The notes under the pieces were generated by a model that searched no databases, was not told the origin of the DNA, and was given only the letters and a program-made list of their open reading frames with translations. Shown one piece after another: positions 18,086 to 26,810 of a stretch of 64,000 nucleotides of DNA. The DNA comes from Patescibacteria group bacterium (GTDB lineage: Bacteria > Patescibacteriota > Minisyncoccia > Phycocordibacterales > UBA1006): NCBI GenBank assembly GCA_028286885.1, contig JAQBQS010000007.1:17645-81644 (forward strand). The letters run 5' to 3'. The position numbers were made by a program, and so were the translations under genes. Within the stretch, counting starts at the first letter, position 1. Every line of letters starts with the position of its first letter.

Positions 18086-19794
18086 ATTCTCTCCGGCGCC
18101 TTGATGCCAAGAAGGCCGAGTCCGTTTTTCAAAACGATTTGCGCAGCCTTTGCGACCGCGAGGCGATGAGCCGAAGTTTCCTGGTCGCTCTCGTCGACGA
18201 TTTTATTCGCACCGTAGAACGAGTTGAATGTCCGACACAATTCGACGAGATACGTCACAACGTGCTGCGGAGCAAATTCTGAAATCGCGCTTTCGACGAC
18301 CGAGTGGAACTGCATCGTAATGCGTTCCAAGTCAGTTGCTGGCTCACCCGCCTTGTACGCCGGAGCAATGCCGAGTCCGGCAGCCTTGTCGAGAAGACTC
18401 GCAATGCGCGCATGCGTGTACTGCAAGTACGGACCGGAATCTCCTTCGAACGAGAGCGAGGTTTCAGGATCGAAGTTGATGTTCTGGCCGGGCTTGGTTC
18501 GCAGAATTGAAAACTTGATCGCGGCAATGGCGATAGCATCGGCATTTTCCGCAGTGCTCGTGTTTTCTCGCCCCTTCGATCGTTCTTCGACTTCGGCAAG
18601 AACCGTTTCAAGAACATCGGTTGCAAGAGGAACGCCGCCCAAACGCGAAGACATTTTCTGGCCCTTGAAACTCATGCGTCCGTGAGGAACATGCACCGAC
18701 TTTTCCTTCCACTCTGAATGAATTTTCGAAGCGGCATCGACGACGACGTCGAAATGCGGAACCTGGTGCGCGTCCGTTACGATCGCGGAGAGATCAGGAT
18801 TATATCGGTCGAACTTGATCGAGAGAAGCCCCATGTCTTTTGTTTCGTACGTCGGATGACCTTCGCTCGTCATGAAGACGAGCGTCGGAAGGTGCGTCGA
18901 TTCTTCGGGAACATAAATGACCGCCCCTTCGCTCTCCTTGAAAACGTTTCCGATATGCTCGCGAATAATTTTCTCACCAACGATGCCGGCTTCGGATTCG
19001 AAAATATACGAATCAAAATGCGAACCGAGGCGTGCAACAGTATTCTCGAAATAGTGAACGTTGAGTTTTTTCGTATGGAGATAAAGTTCGAATGCCGGAG
19101 TATTTTCGGCGCGATAAATTTCCTCGTTGATTTTGCGGATCTCGGAAACCGTTTCAGGATTATCCTCAAACGCGCGTGTTCCCGCTGCGTAGCACTCGCC
19201 GAGGAATTTCATTTTAGATTCAAGAGAAGCAGAATCGTCGTACAAGAAGGCGTGTTCCTGCTGCATAACGCTCCAGATCGCCTTGGCGATGCCGAGACCT
19301 ACGTCTGACGGAAACGAAATGGGAATGACGTTTGCGCCCGAAAATTTCATAATGCGCACCAACGACTCCCCGATCGCGTTGTTCATCATGTGCCCGATAT
19401 GAAACGGCTTGAACAGATTTGGGCTTGAATGCTCGACAAGGATTTTTTTGCCAAGATGCACGCCGGATTTTCCGAAGTTTTCTTGTTCAAGAAAAACAGT
19501 CTTGTTCAATTCTTGAAAATAAGAATCAGTGAGTTTGAAGTTGATAAAACCGGGACCTGCAACGTGAACGCTTTCAAGTTCTGCAATATTTTGATTTTTC
19601 AATTCCTGCACCAATGCGTCTGCGACCTCGCGCGGATTCTTGGCAAGAACTTTAGCCGAGGCGAGCGCCGCGTTCGTCGCGAAATCCCCGTGCGAGAGTT
19701 CCGTCGGATGTTCCAACGAAAAGGAAACATTTTCCGCACCGAGATTTTTCAGTGATTCGGCAAGTGCCGTATGGAGTTTTTGGCGGATGGTCAT
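18082..19794 (-). CDS. argS: Arginyl-tRNA synthetase
   Basis: N-terminal Add-1 domain, class I HIGH-type motif (PFHIGHMMN), and DALR anticodon-binding C-terminus ending in M. Start taken at MTIRQKL. Confidence 0.85.
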   Translation of the reverse strand: MTIRQKLHTALAESLKNLGAENVSFSLEHPTELSHGDFATNAALASAKVLAKNPREVADALVQELKNQNIAELESVHVAGPGFINFKLTDSYFQELNKTVFLEQENFGKSGVHLGKKILVEHSSPNLFKPFHIGHMMNNAIGESLVRIMKFSGANVIPISFPSDVGLGIAKAIWSVMQQEHAFLYDDSASLESKMKFLGECYAAGTRAFEDNPETVSEIRKINEEIYRAENTPAFELYLHTKKLNVHYFENTVARLGSHFDSYIFESEAGIVGEKIIREHIGNVFKESEGAVIYVPEESTHLPTLVFMTSEGHPTYETKDMGLLSIKFDRYNPDLSAIVTDAHQVPHFDVVVDAASKIHSEWKEKSVHVPHGRMSFKGQKMSSRLGGVPLATDVLETVLAEVEERSKGRENTSTAENADAIAIAAIKFSILRTKPGQNINFDPETSLSFEGDSGPYLQYTHARIASLLDKAAGLGIAPAYKAGEPATDLERITMQFHSVVESAISEFAPQHVVTYLVELCRTFNSFYGANKIVDESDQETSAHRLAVAKAAQIVLKNGLGLLGIKAPERM

Positions 19795-19834
19795 GACGCT
19801 ACAATAGCATATTTTGGCCGAGAAAAAAGGCACC

Positions 19835-19863
19835 TTGACATGCTTGCGTCCGTAAGATAAGGT
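19835..19863 (+). promoter_or_regulatory. Sigma70-like promoter TTGACA-N17-TAAGGT upstream of folA
   Basis: Consensus -35 with correct spacing to a T-A...T hexamer, about 55 nt upstream of the folA ATG. Confidence 0.4.
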
Positions 19864-19916
19864 TACGGAAACCGATTGAGATCACTTCAATTTTCATAAC
19901 TTAAAAAAAATAACCG

Positions 19917-20468
19917 ATGGATGAACACAAGCAACGAATCTACTCCGTGCTGTATTTTTTAAAAAAGAGCCGCGGGATAGGATTCAAGAACGACCTTTTA
20001 TACAAATCAAAGGAGCTTCCCGGCGACATGGATCGATTTAAAAAACTGACAGTAGGGCACATTGTCCTGATGGGAAGAAAAAATTGGGATAGCATTCCTC
20101 CGAAATTCCGCCCGTTCGCCGATAGGATCAACGTAGTCATTACGAGAAATCCTGAACTCTTCAAAAATGAGCCGGATGTCTACGCGTTCAGCAATGTCTT
20201 TCGCGCCATCGCATGGCTCACATTAGTTTTCCCGGACAAGCATATTGCGGTGATCGGAGGAGGCGAGATCTACAAACTCCTTTTTCCTTACTGCGATATG
20301 ATTTACGCAACTGAAATCTCCGGCGATAAGGAAGCGGACGTTTTTGTGGAGATCCCTGAAAACTTTTTCCTTGCTGAAGAATACGAATTCACCGAAGGTC
20401 CGACCGGAGTGAAATTCAATTTCGCCGATTACGTCAACAAGGGTCAATTGAAGGTTCCTGTCATATAA
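19917..20468 (+). CDS. folA: Dihydrofolate reductase
   Basis: GIGFKNDL..., MGRKNWDSIP, INVVITRN and GGGEIY motifs of DHFR; 183 aa. Confidence 0.8.
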   Translation: MDEHKQRIYSVLYFLKKSRGIGFKNDLLYKSKELPGDMDRFKKLTVGHIVLMGRKNWDSIPPKFRPFADRINVVITRNPELFKNEPDVYAFSNVFRAIAWLTLVFPDKHIAVIGGGEIYKLLFPYCDMIYATEISGDKEADVFVEIPENFFLAEEYEFTEGPTGVKFNFADYVNKGQLKVPVI

Positions 20469-20562
20469 TGCCAAGCCGTCCTCCGGGACGGCTTTTTCTT
20501 GACAAAAAGCCTTAAAAGAGTACTGTGTGTGGGAACAAATTTCCTAACAAAACTTTATAAAC

Positions 20563-21333
20563 ATGAGCACAACAACTCCCGATAATTCCCGCGATCCTGA
20601 TCAAAAAGCGATCGTGGAAGAATTTCTAAGCCAAGGCAAGGATCCGTTCGACCGCACAATAGTGGAACAGATTTTTGTAGAAAGAGGCGGCGAAAAAATC
20701 TACAACAAGATCATCCTTGAGAGCGAGTCTTGGTACGCAATGCCGAACCTTTGGCCGCTGCCTTCCTCGCAGAATCATTTCGTGGCAATCTGCCAGCGCA
20801 ACATCAAGACGCCGTTCGAACTTGAAAAAGAAGAATGGCATGGATTGATGGAAACGGTCAGGACGCTTACGCACGATCATTCGATCCGAAAAGGCGCGTT
20901 CTGCATGAGATTCGGCGTCCCTGAAATTTCAGGGACGACCGTCACCCACCTGCACGGACATCTGATCAAGGCCGTCCAAAAAGAGACCGTCGATTTTTTC
21001 GTAGGCCCTCGCGATGGCATGCCTTCCACGCCTGGCTTCAACCAGGAGCTGCGCGAAGACGTTCAGTTTCAAAACAAATTTTGGAACGTAAGGACGTCAA
21101 CCGATCAAAGGCTTGTCTTTAAAATGGAATTCAAAAACGAACCTCTCTGCGACATTTGGAATCTCACACCCCTTGAATGGGAAGAATTCCGGACGACGGT
21201 TGAAGGGATCGCCAAAAAATTCCAAATCGGCGGCGGAGCAATCTGCATCCGTTTCGATACCCTCAATGGAATTGATGCATGGCTTCTGTCGCCTGCGAAG
21301 AACGAGAAATTTATTTTTCAAATCAAAAACTAA
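20563..21333 (+). CDS. HIT-like (histidine triad motif HLHGHLI) protein with a C-terminal extra domain; function unknown
   Basis: An H-x-H-x-H-x-x motif about 140 aa from the N-terminus; sits between folA and thyA. Confidence 0.4.
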   Translation: MSTTTPDNSRDPDQKAIVEEFLSQGKDPFDRTIVEQIFVERGGEKIYNKIILESESWYAMPNLWPLPSSQNHFVAICQRNIKTPFELEKEEWHGLMETVRTLTHDHSIRKGAFCMRFGVPEISGTTVTHLHGHLIKAVQKETVDFFVGPRDGMPSTPGFNQELREDVQFQNKFWNVRTSTDQRLVFKMEFKNEPLCDIWNLTPLEWEEFRTTVEGIAKKFQIGGGAICIRFDTLNGIDAWLLSPAKNEKFIFQIKN

Positions 21334-21338
21334 ACTGA

Positions 21339-22265
21339 ATGCAAAAACATTATTATTTACCGACAAGCGAGAGAGTTCCCGACGAACAGTATCGCAACCT
21401 GTTGAAAACCATTCTTGAAAAAGGAAAAAAGATGATGCCCATCCACGGACAGGCGGCATGGCGGCTGGTAGGACATCGCATGGAATTCGACATGAAAAAC
21501 GGCTTTCCTGTCATTACTGAACGCGACATGTCCAGGAACTGGAAAGGCGCGATTGGGGAGCTTGTCGCGTTTTTAAACGGAGCCCGGACGCTCGATGAAT
21601 TCGTAAGCTTCGGCGGACCGAAAGTCGCATGGGAGGGAACGGTTACGGAAGAGAAATGCAGAATTTTCGGACTGGAAGCCGGCGACCTCGGTCCCGGTTC
21701 ATACGGTCCCGGATGGACGGCGGTGCCAACGCCATACGGAATTCCTTTCAACCAGGTCGACAATCTGGTCAATCAGATCAGAAAAATGCCGCATCTGCGT
21801 ACGCATGTTCTCGACCCCTGGATACCTTACTTCACATGCAACGCCAACGCTGAATTCCCGAGAAAGGTCGTGACGGCGCCTTGTCACGGATGGGTACACG
21901 TTCATATCTTCCAAGAGGACAAGACGTTCATTTTGGAACATAAGCAGCGGAGCGCGGATGCTCCGGTCGGTCTTCCCTTCAACATTATTGAATACGCCGC
22001 ACTCGGTCTCGAGCTGGAACGGATCCTCGGATACGAGTATGTGTTCGACAAGTACGTCTATTACATTTCGGACGCGCACATTTACGAGTCGCAGCTTCCT
22101 TACGTTGAAGAACTTCTGCAAGACGAACCGAGAACGTTTCCGACGATTGATCTTGCTGAAACTTCCCCTACTGACAGACTGCAGGAATTTAGAAAAGAGA
22201 ACTTTTTGATAAGCGATTACAATCCTCACATAAGATCGTTCTCGACCATTCCTACGCCGCTCTAA
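21339..22265 (+). CDS. thyA: Thymidylate synthase (ThyA family), divergent
   Basis: FP(V/L)ITER, ELVAFLNG, GDLGPGSYGPGW, catalytic PCHGW, QRSAD-x-GLPFNIIEYA (Asn retained, hence a dUMP-type substrate), DAHIYESQ and the C-terminal DY.PHI tail. The canonical FQWR and SRR stretches are degenerate. Confidence 0.75.
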   Translation: MQKHYYLPTSERVPDEQYRNLLKTILEKGKKMMPIHGQAAWRLVGHRMEFDMKNGFPVITERDMSRNWKGAIGELVAFLNGARTLDEFVSFGGPKVAWEGTVTEEKCRIFGLEAGDLGPGSYGPGWTAVPTPYGIPFNQVDNLVNQIRKMPHLRTHVLDPWIPYFTCNANAEFPRKVVTAPCHGWVHVHIFQEDKTFILEHKQRSADAPVGLPFNIIEYAALGLELERILGYEYVFDKYVYYISDAHIYESQLPYVEELLQDEPRTFPTIDLAETSPTDRLQEFRKENFLISDYNPHIRSFSTIPTPL

Positions 22266-22271
22266 CTTAAA

Positions 22272-22302
22272 AACCCTTGCCATTGGCAAGGGTTGTTTTT
22301 TA
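22272..22302. terminator. Bidirectional hairpin terminator (aaaaacccttgccattggcaagggttgtttttt)
   Basis: 10-bp stem flanked by A and T runs, between thyA (+) and the dCMP deaminase gene (-). Confidence 0.55.
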
Positions 22303-23208
22303 TTCCTCAAAAAGAACATGTTTGATTTCAATCCCCGCATCCTCGATCACCTTCTGCCCGTCGATATTGGAATATCCTTTCACGAAGTACAGGGTTTTGA
22401 TGCCGGTACCCGCAACCAGCCGAGCGCAGTTGGCGCATGGAAAGTCCGATACGAGCATACTCATCCCGACAAGGGGCTTTCCCGTGCGGGTCGATGCGAC
22501 GATCGCGGCGGCTTCGGAATGGATCGAGGTGAAATAATCCAATCCGACGCCCGGAGTGAAATTAAACCTCGTGTCGCCGAAGACGTTCAATGCCAGATCG
22601 TTCGGAAAATGCCTGTTGTAGGCGCCGACCAGGATGTTCCCTTCGCTGTCGAAGATGACCGTTCCTGTCTGGCGCCACCAATCGTGCGATTTCAGCACCT
22701 GCTTTTTCAATTCGGCAACCACCTTTTCAGGAAGATCGCGTTCGGAAATCTGCGCAACGGCAACCTGATGTTTCAGAAGAGTCGCCTTCATGTCCCATCT
22801 CAGGAACATCCTCTCGAGAGTCGTATGCTCGCGCAGATGCGGCATCTTGTCCAAAATCAAGGCCGTAACATCGTCATCCGGCATTACGATTGCTTCTGAC
22901 TTTTGTACATGGTGTTCAGCATAAAATTTTACTGAATCGATCATCTTCAAGATTCCGACGTGGACTTTGATTTTTTTCTCGGCGAAATAAAGCTTCAACC
23001 ATTCAAAGACGAGGTCCGTGCTTACCGCGCGAAGATCTCTCTCAAAATGCTCGAGTTCGGAAATCTTGCCCCTCTTGGCAATTTCTTTCACGTTCAGGAG
23101 GTACAGCTCGTCGCCATCCTTCAGGTGTTTTTCAAAAAAATCGAGATATCCCTGATGGATACAAGGCACGTATGCAAAAAGTCCTTTCTTTTTCTTGTCT
23201 CCCATTTT
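22300..23208 (-). CDS. dCMP/CMP-deaminase-family protein with an approximately 160-aa N-terminal domain of unknown function
   Basis: C-terminal zinc-deaminase motifs HSEAAAI and PCANCA. Start taken at MGDKKKKG (ATG around 23206-23208), since the track's N-terminal extension overlaps the upstream gene. Confidence 0.7.
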   Translation of the reverse strand, partial: KMGDKKKKGLFAYVPCIHQGYLDFFEKHLKDGDELYLLNVKEIAKRGKISELEHFERDLRAVSTDLVFEWLKLYFAEKKIKVHVGILKMIDSVKFYAEHHVQKSEAIVMPDDDVTALILDKMPHLREHTTLERMFLRWDMKATLLKHQVAVAQISERDLPEKVVAELKKQVLKSHDWWRQTGTVIFDSEGNILVGAYNRHFPNDLALNVFGDTRFNFTPGVGLDYFTSIHSEAAAIVASTRTGKPLVGMSMLVSDFPCANCARLVAGTGIKTLYFVKGYSNIDGQKVIEDAGIEIKHVLFEE

Positions 23209-23215
23209 GTTGTTT

Positions 23216-23800
23216 TTAATTTTTATTGATTTTAAATGAAATATTATGCTTTGAAAAAACATTTTCGAGATCCTGCGAAAGATCAAGCATCTTGTCGATG
23301 CTTCCTGACTCGACAATATCACGAATACGCGCCGTTGTCGAGGTCTGCGCTTGAGGCTCGAGGCATACGATCTGCTTGCAGTACGCACCGTGTTCCTGAC
23401 GAATCGCCTGTTCGAAATTTTCAGTGTCCTTCGTCGAACTCGAAATGACGAATACATCGGGCGTGAGCTTGCGGACCAGGCTGCCCAAATCGTCCACTTC
23501 GTCGCGGATAGTCACAAAATCCACCCATCGCAGAGAACAGATCATTGAAACGCGCTCTTTTTCAGGAACGATCGGGCGGTGGTTTCCTTTCCGCTTCTTG
23601 GTCATCGCGTCGGAATCAACCCCGACGATCAGGACGTCGCCCAGCTCCTTTGCCTTTTGGAGATATTTGGAGTGCCCGATATGGACCAGGTCAAAAACTC
23701 CTTGCGTAAGGACGAGTTTCCTTCCCTGGCTGCGCAGCTCCGCGGCCAGTGCCTCAAGGTCTCCGGGATTGACGAAATAAGCGCCTGTCATATCCGCCAT
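23216..23800 (-). CDS. Cytidylyltransferase-like nucleotidyltransferase (RfaE/HldE domain II-like, HxGH class)
   Basis: GVFDLVHIGHSKYL (HxGH), LIVGVDSD and the ...STT.RIRDI motifs of the heptose-1-P adenylyltransferase / RibL / TagD-like fold. Confidence 0.65.
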   Translation of the reverse strand: MADMTGAYFVNPGDLEALAAELRSQGRKLVLTQGVFDLVHIGHSKYLQKAKELGDVLIVGVDSDAMTKKRKGNHRPIVPEKERVSMICSLRWVDFVTIRDEVDDLGSLVRKLTPDVFVISSSTKDTENFEQAIRQEHGAYCKQIVCLEPQAQTSTTARIRDIVESGSIDKMLDLSQDLENVFSKHNISFKINKN

Positions 23801-23897
23801 CCTACTCCTGGAAGCTATAAAAGCAAGTTGTTTAAAACCAAGAAAACGTATCTCAAATATGTCAAAAAATCCCCTCTCGGGAATTTTTTGGATCGAA

Positions 23898-24320
23898 CTA
23901 TTTGATTTCGATGCCCATTGACCGCGCAGAACCTACAACGATCTTCTTGGCAGCGTCGACGGTGCGAGCGTTGAGATCCGGCAACTTGATTGTTGCGATT
24001 TCCGTCAGCTGCGCGTCCGTGATTGAACCGGCCTTTTTCTTGGCATTTGTTCCTGATCCCTTGTCGACTTTAGCGAACTTTTTGAGGAGCGCTGAAACCG
24101 GAGGGGTCTTCAAGATGAATGTAAATGATCGGTCATCGTAGACGGTCATCAAAACTGATACCATCTCGCCCATGTTTTCGCGGGTCATCCCGTTGAACTG
24201 GTTTACGAATTCTCCGATGTTGACGCCGGCCTGTCCGAGGACCGGTCCGAGAGGTGGGGCTGGTGTCGCCTTCCCGCCTGCGATCTGCATTTTAATTGTC
24301 TTGGTGATTTTTTTAGCCAT
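23898..24320 (-). CDS. rplK: 50S ribosomal protein L11
   Basis: Canonical L11 sequence (PPLGPVLGQAGVNI...). Not followed by rplA. Confidence 0.9.
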   Translation of the reverse strand: MAKKITKTIKMQIAGGKATPAPPLGPVLGQAGVNIGEFVNQFNGMTRENMGEMVSVLMTVYDDRSFTFILKTPPVSALLKKFAKVDKGSGTNAKKKAGSITDAQLTEIATIKLPDLNARTVDAAKKIVVGSARSMGIEIK

Positions 24321-24408
24321 GTAATAAGTTTCAAATTGTGCGTGAAGCTGCGCAATTGATAATCAGCGTAACGAGAATACCTTAGCATTATTTAATTTTT
24401 TTGTCAAA

Positions 24409-24445
24409 AAAATCCCCGAGCTGTGCGGGGATTTTAAATTACTGC
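24409..24445 (-). terminator. Hairpin (atccccgagctgtgcggggat) with a T-run on the minus strand: terminator/attenuator upstream of rplK
   Basis: 7-bp GC stem. On the minus strand it is followed by T8. Confidence 0.5.
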
Positions 24446-24466
24446 TCGGGCGCCCTGATATAAGGT

Positions 24467-24700
24467 TCATCCAGGTGGGGTATAAATATCCTCACTCGAC
24501 GTCATCTTGTTCCTGGACATTCTCTGAAGCATGAATCTTACGAACATGCAGAAGAGAAAGATCAGAATAAGGACTAGGGCTGTCTTTAAGCCCCAAGCCT
24601 TGTAAGCGATGAGCGCCTTCCATCCCGCGATCAGCAAAATGGCAGGCATGGGAAGCGAACCGAGTACCGTTGTACGTTCATAATGTAAAGCTTTTTTCAT
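24467..24700 (-). CDS. Small membrane protein (77 aa) between nusG and rplK
   Basis: Track ORF with one or two TM helices, in the position where nusG normally abuts rplK. Confidence 0.35.
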   Translation of the reverse strand: MKKALHYERTTVLGSLPMPAILLIAGWKALIAYKAWGLKTALVLILIFLFCMFVRFMLQRMSRNKMTSSEDIYTPPG

Positions 24701-24761
24701 ATATTTGGTTTTTTAAAACAATACCACATATTCAAGAAAAAACAAAATCCGCATTGCGGAT

Positions 24762-25307
24762 TTACATTTTTTTCACCTGTGAGAAGTCGAGCTCGAACGG
24801 CGTTTCGCGTCCGAACATCGAAACGAGAACTTTAACCTTGCCCCGTTCCGCATCAACCTCGGATACTTTGCCTTCCTGGTCCTTAAACGCACCCTCTGAA
24901 ATCGTGACGAGATCTCCGACCGCGACAACCATGTTGTGCTTCGTGTCGCCGATCTTCATGCGCGCCATGACGGCATCGATTTCTTCTTGGCGCATCGGAA
25001 CCGGAACGGTGCCCGAACCTACGAATCCTGTCACGCGCGGCGTGTTTCGAATCACGTACCACGAGTCGTCCGTTACGATCATATCCACGAGAATGTACCC
25101 GGGATAGAATTTTTCGTCGACTTCGACGCGCTTTCCGTTTTTGACCTTGATGACTTTTTCGGTCGGAACGAGCACGTTGAAAATCTTGTCCTGCATGCCG
25201 AGGGATTCCACGCGCTGCTTCAAGTTTCGCTCTACCGCGTTCTCATACCCGGCGTAGGTATGGATCGCAAACCATGCGCGCTCCTGATGGGTATCTTGTC
25301 GTGCCAT
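24762..25307 (-). CDS. nusG: Transcription termination/antitermination factor NusG
   Basis: NGN domain (WFAIHTYAGYE) and C-terminal KOW motif (GDLVTISEGAFKDQEGKV). Confidence 0.9.
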   Translation of the reverse strand: MARQDTHQERAWFAIHTYAGYENAVERNLKQRVESLGMQDKIFNVLVPTEKVIKVKNGKRVEVDEKFYPGYILVDMIVTDDSWYVIRNTPRVTGFVGSGTVPVPMRQEEIDAVMARMKIGDTKHNMVVAVGDLVTISEGAFKDQEGKVSEVDAERGKVKVLVSMFGRETPFELDFSQVKKM

Positions 25308-25322
25308 AGATGTTAAAGAAAA

Positions 25323-25494
25323 TTAGCCGATAATTGCTCGCAATACCATCGCAAAGAATGCGTCGAGCGCTCCGAGGTAGTAGCCGATGACAACCGCAAT
25401 GACGATGACGATTGCAGCCAAGCCAAAGGCCTCTGCCGGCTTCGGCCAAACGAGCTTTCCGTATTCAGTCTGGAGTCCTTTGATAAAATTCATA
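25323..25494 (-). CDS. secE: Preprotein translocase subunit SecE (56 aa; not in the ORF track because it is under 60 aa)
   Basis: My translation gives MNFIKGLQTEYGKLVWPKPAEAFGLAAIVIVIAVVIGYYLGALDAFFAMVLRAIIG: a K.VxWP motif plus a single TM helix, in the universal position immediately upstream of nusG. My reading of the GGCC run near 25437-25441 differed by 1 nt from what the track implies; I assumed the gene is intact. Confidence 0.55.
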
Positions 25495-25555
25495 GAGGTG
25501 AATGGTTAAATGAGTTTAAGCTTTTTTAAAAGCCCGTGAGGGCTCTGATAAGACA

Positions 25556-25584
25556 AGAATACTCCCTTTAGGAGAAATAGTCAA
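25556..25584 (-). promoter_or_regulatory. Sigma70-like promoter TTGACT-N17-TATTCT for secE-nusG, with a leader hairpin
   Basis: Recurring TTGACTAT -35. The 60-nt leader contains the hairpin agagccctcacgggct followed by a T/A-run. Confidence 0.45.
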
Positions 25585-25595
25585 GAAGACCAATA

Positions 25596-25735
25596 CCACC
25601 CCGCCTCGCAGGGCCGAGGCACCCCTCCTAAAAGGAGGGGACAACTTCGTATTTACTGAAGGTTGTGATTTGCCTGAACGCTAGATTTTGAAAATAACCA
25701 AATGGAAGTGTCTCCCCCTTTTAGGGGGAGTGGCC
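25596..25735. repeat. Cluster of GC-rich perfect hairpins with AAAG/TTTA-type loops (gcctcg-cagggc-cgaggc; cccctcc-taaaa-ggagggg; ctccccc-tttta-gggggag)
   Basis: Three or more perfect 6-7-bp GC stems without T-tracts, between the SET-domain gene and the secE promoter. Confidence 0.4.
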
Positions 25736-25751
25736 GAAGGCCGAGGGGGTA

Positions 25752-26156
25752 CTAAATTGGTTTGCACTCTACGCATCTGCATCCGTGCGGCTTGATATGC
25801 TCGTCGAAGTATTCTTCTCCGTAGTCGTACGTCAATTCGTCGCCCTGCGCGATGTTTTTCTTGGCGATGATGAAAATGCGGCCGCCTTTGTTTTCCGCCT
25901 CGCAGTTGGCGGCGGACTTACAGGCGTGATTTACATAACGCGCTGTATTCTTGCGTGTCGTGCCGTCAATCGTCCATTTCGAGTTGATTTCAAAGAGATA
26001 TTTTCCTCCCCGCTTGTTGGCCTCCTCGGCGGTGATTTTTTCGCCGACGTATTCGATGATCCTGGTTCCTTTCTTGATCGCCTCGCCTGCAAACAAACCG
26101 AGTCCGGCATATGACTTTTTTACGTCGAGTTTAAGCGCTGTCGTTTTGGTGTTCAT
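25752..26156 (-). CDS. SET-domain protein (putative protein-lysine methyltransferase)
   Basis: GLGLFA..., the N-terminal glycine-rich motif, the Arg-Phe-x-Asn-His-x-Cys block (ARYVNHAC), ELTYDYG and a post-SET Cys cluster (CRCVEC). The track start is GTG; an ATG (MNTKTT) lies at 26154-26156. Confidence 0.75.
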   Translation of the reverse strand: MNTKTTALKLDVKKSYAGLGLFAGEAIKKGTRIIEYVGEKITAEEANKRGGKYLFEINSKWTIDGTTRKNTARYVNHACKSAANCEAENKGGRIFIIAKKNIAQGDELTYDYGEEYFDEHIKPHGCRCVECKPI

Positions 26157-26195
26157 GTGTCTCACATTCTACAGAAAAGATTTTTTTATGCAAAA

Positions 26196-26222
26196 AAAAC
26201 GGCTCGCGGGAGCCGTTTGTAA
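26196..26222 (-). terminator. Rho-independent terminator (cggctcgcgggagccg + T8 on minus strand)
   Basis: GC stem with a long T-run, 3' of the 26225-26692 gene. Confidence 0.6.
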
Positions 26223-26224
26223 AT

Positions 26225-26692
26225 TTAGAGAGATGCTCTGCGCAACGGATGCTGTTCGTCATAAAGGCTGACCAGCTGATCTACTTCTCCAGAAAAACTC
26301 TTGAAGTCCATTTTGTATTGCGCTTCCTTTCCGTTGAAGTAAAAACCGGTACTGTCCTTTTCCGAATAGACAAAGGTATGCTCGCCGGTCGTGATGCCCT
26401 GCCTTCTTGTACCGATTGCAAATCCGTCATCGAGGACTACGAAGCAAAGATTCACTGTGCTGCGCGATCCGAATGACACCGGAAATTCTTTCGTCTGTTC
26501 GATGCCTGCCGCTTTTTGAATGCGCTGCAGCATTGCCAATTTTGACTTGAAATCATTGGCGAGCTCTGTGGCTTTCGCTTTTTCAAAGTGCTCCATCCCC
26601 GCCTTTTCTGCCAGTTCCTTTGACGCTTTCACGTTTCGGCTGCAGCTGCACAATACGGCAGCCGCCAGGAATGCCAAGAATACATTTCTCAT
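26225..26692 (-). CDS. Secreted protein / putative lipoprotein (155 aa)
   Basis: Signal peptide MRNVFLAFLAAAVLCSCS with Cys after the hydrophobic core. Confidence 0.5.
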   Translation of the reverse strand: MRNVFLAFLAAAVLCSCSRNVKASKELAEKAGMEHFEKAKATELANDFKSKLAMLQRIQKAAGIEQTKEFPVSFGSRSTVNLCFVVLDDGFAIGTRRQGITTGEHTFVYSEKDSTGFYFNGKEAQYKMDFKSFSGEVDQLVSLYDEQHPLRRASL

Positions 26693-26810
26693 GTTTTTTG
26701 TTTTTGATTAAAAAATTTGTTTCGATTTAAGGTAACATTTATATTTAAGTAAGTCAAGTAACCATGTCCATATAAAAAACGGCCCTATCTAGAGCCGTTT
26801 TAACTAACCA

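Noticed and set aside
22300-23208. The idea that the dCMP-deaminase fusion is an anti-phage dCTP-deaminase (nucleotide-depletion defence)
   Set aside because: The N-terminal domain has no P-loop or kinase motif. The gene sits in a thyA/folA biosynthetic context, which favours a housekeeping dCMP-to-dUMP role.
25243-25449. 68-aa track ORF overlapping the nusG start (MAEAGRGLWLGCNRHRHC...)
   Set aside because: It overlaps nusG and the secE region in another frame and has Arg/Cys/His-rich composition. A SecE-like 56-aa protein is encoded in the adjacent frame instead. My reading of one GGCC run here differed by 1 nt from the track, so I did not call a frameshift or pseudogene.
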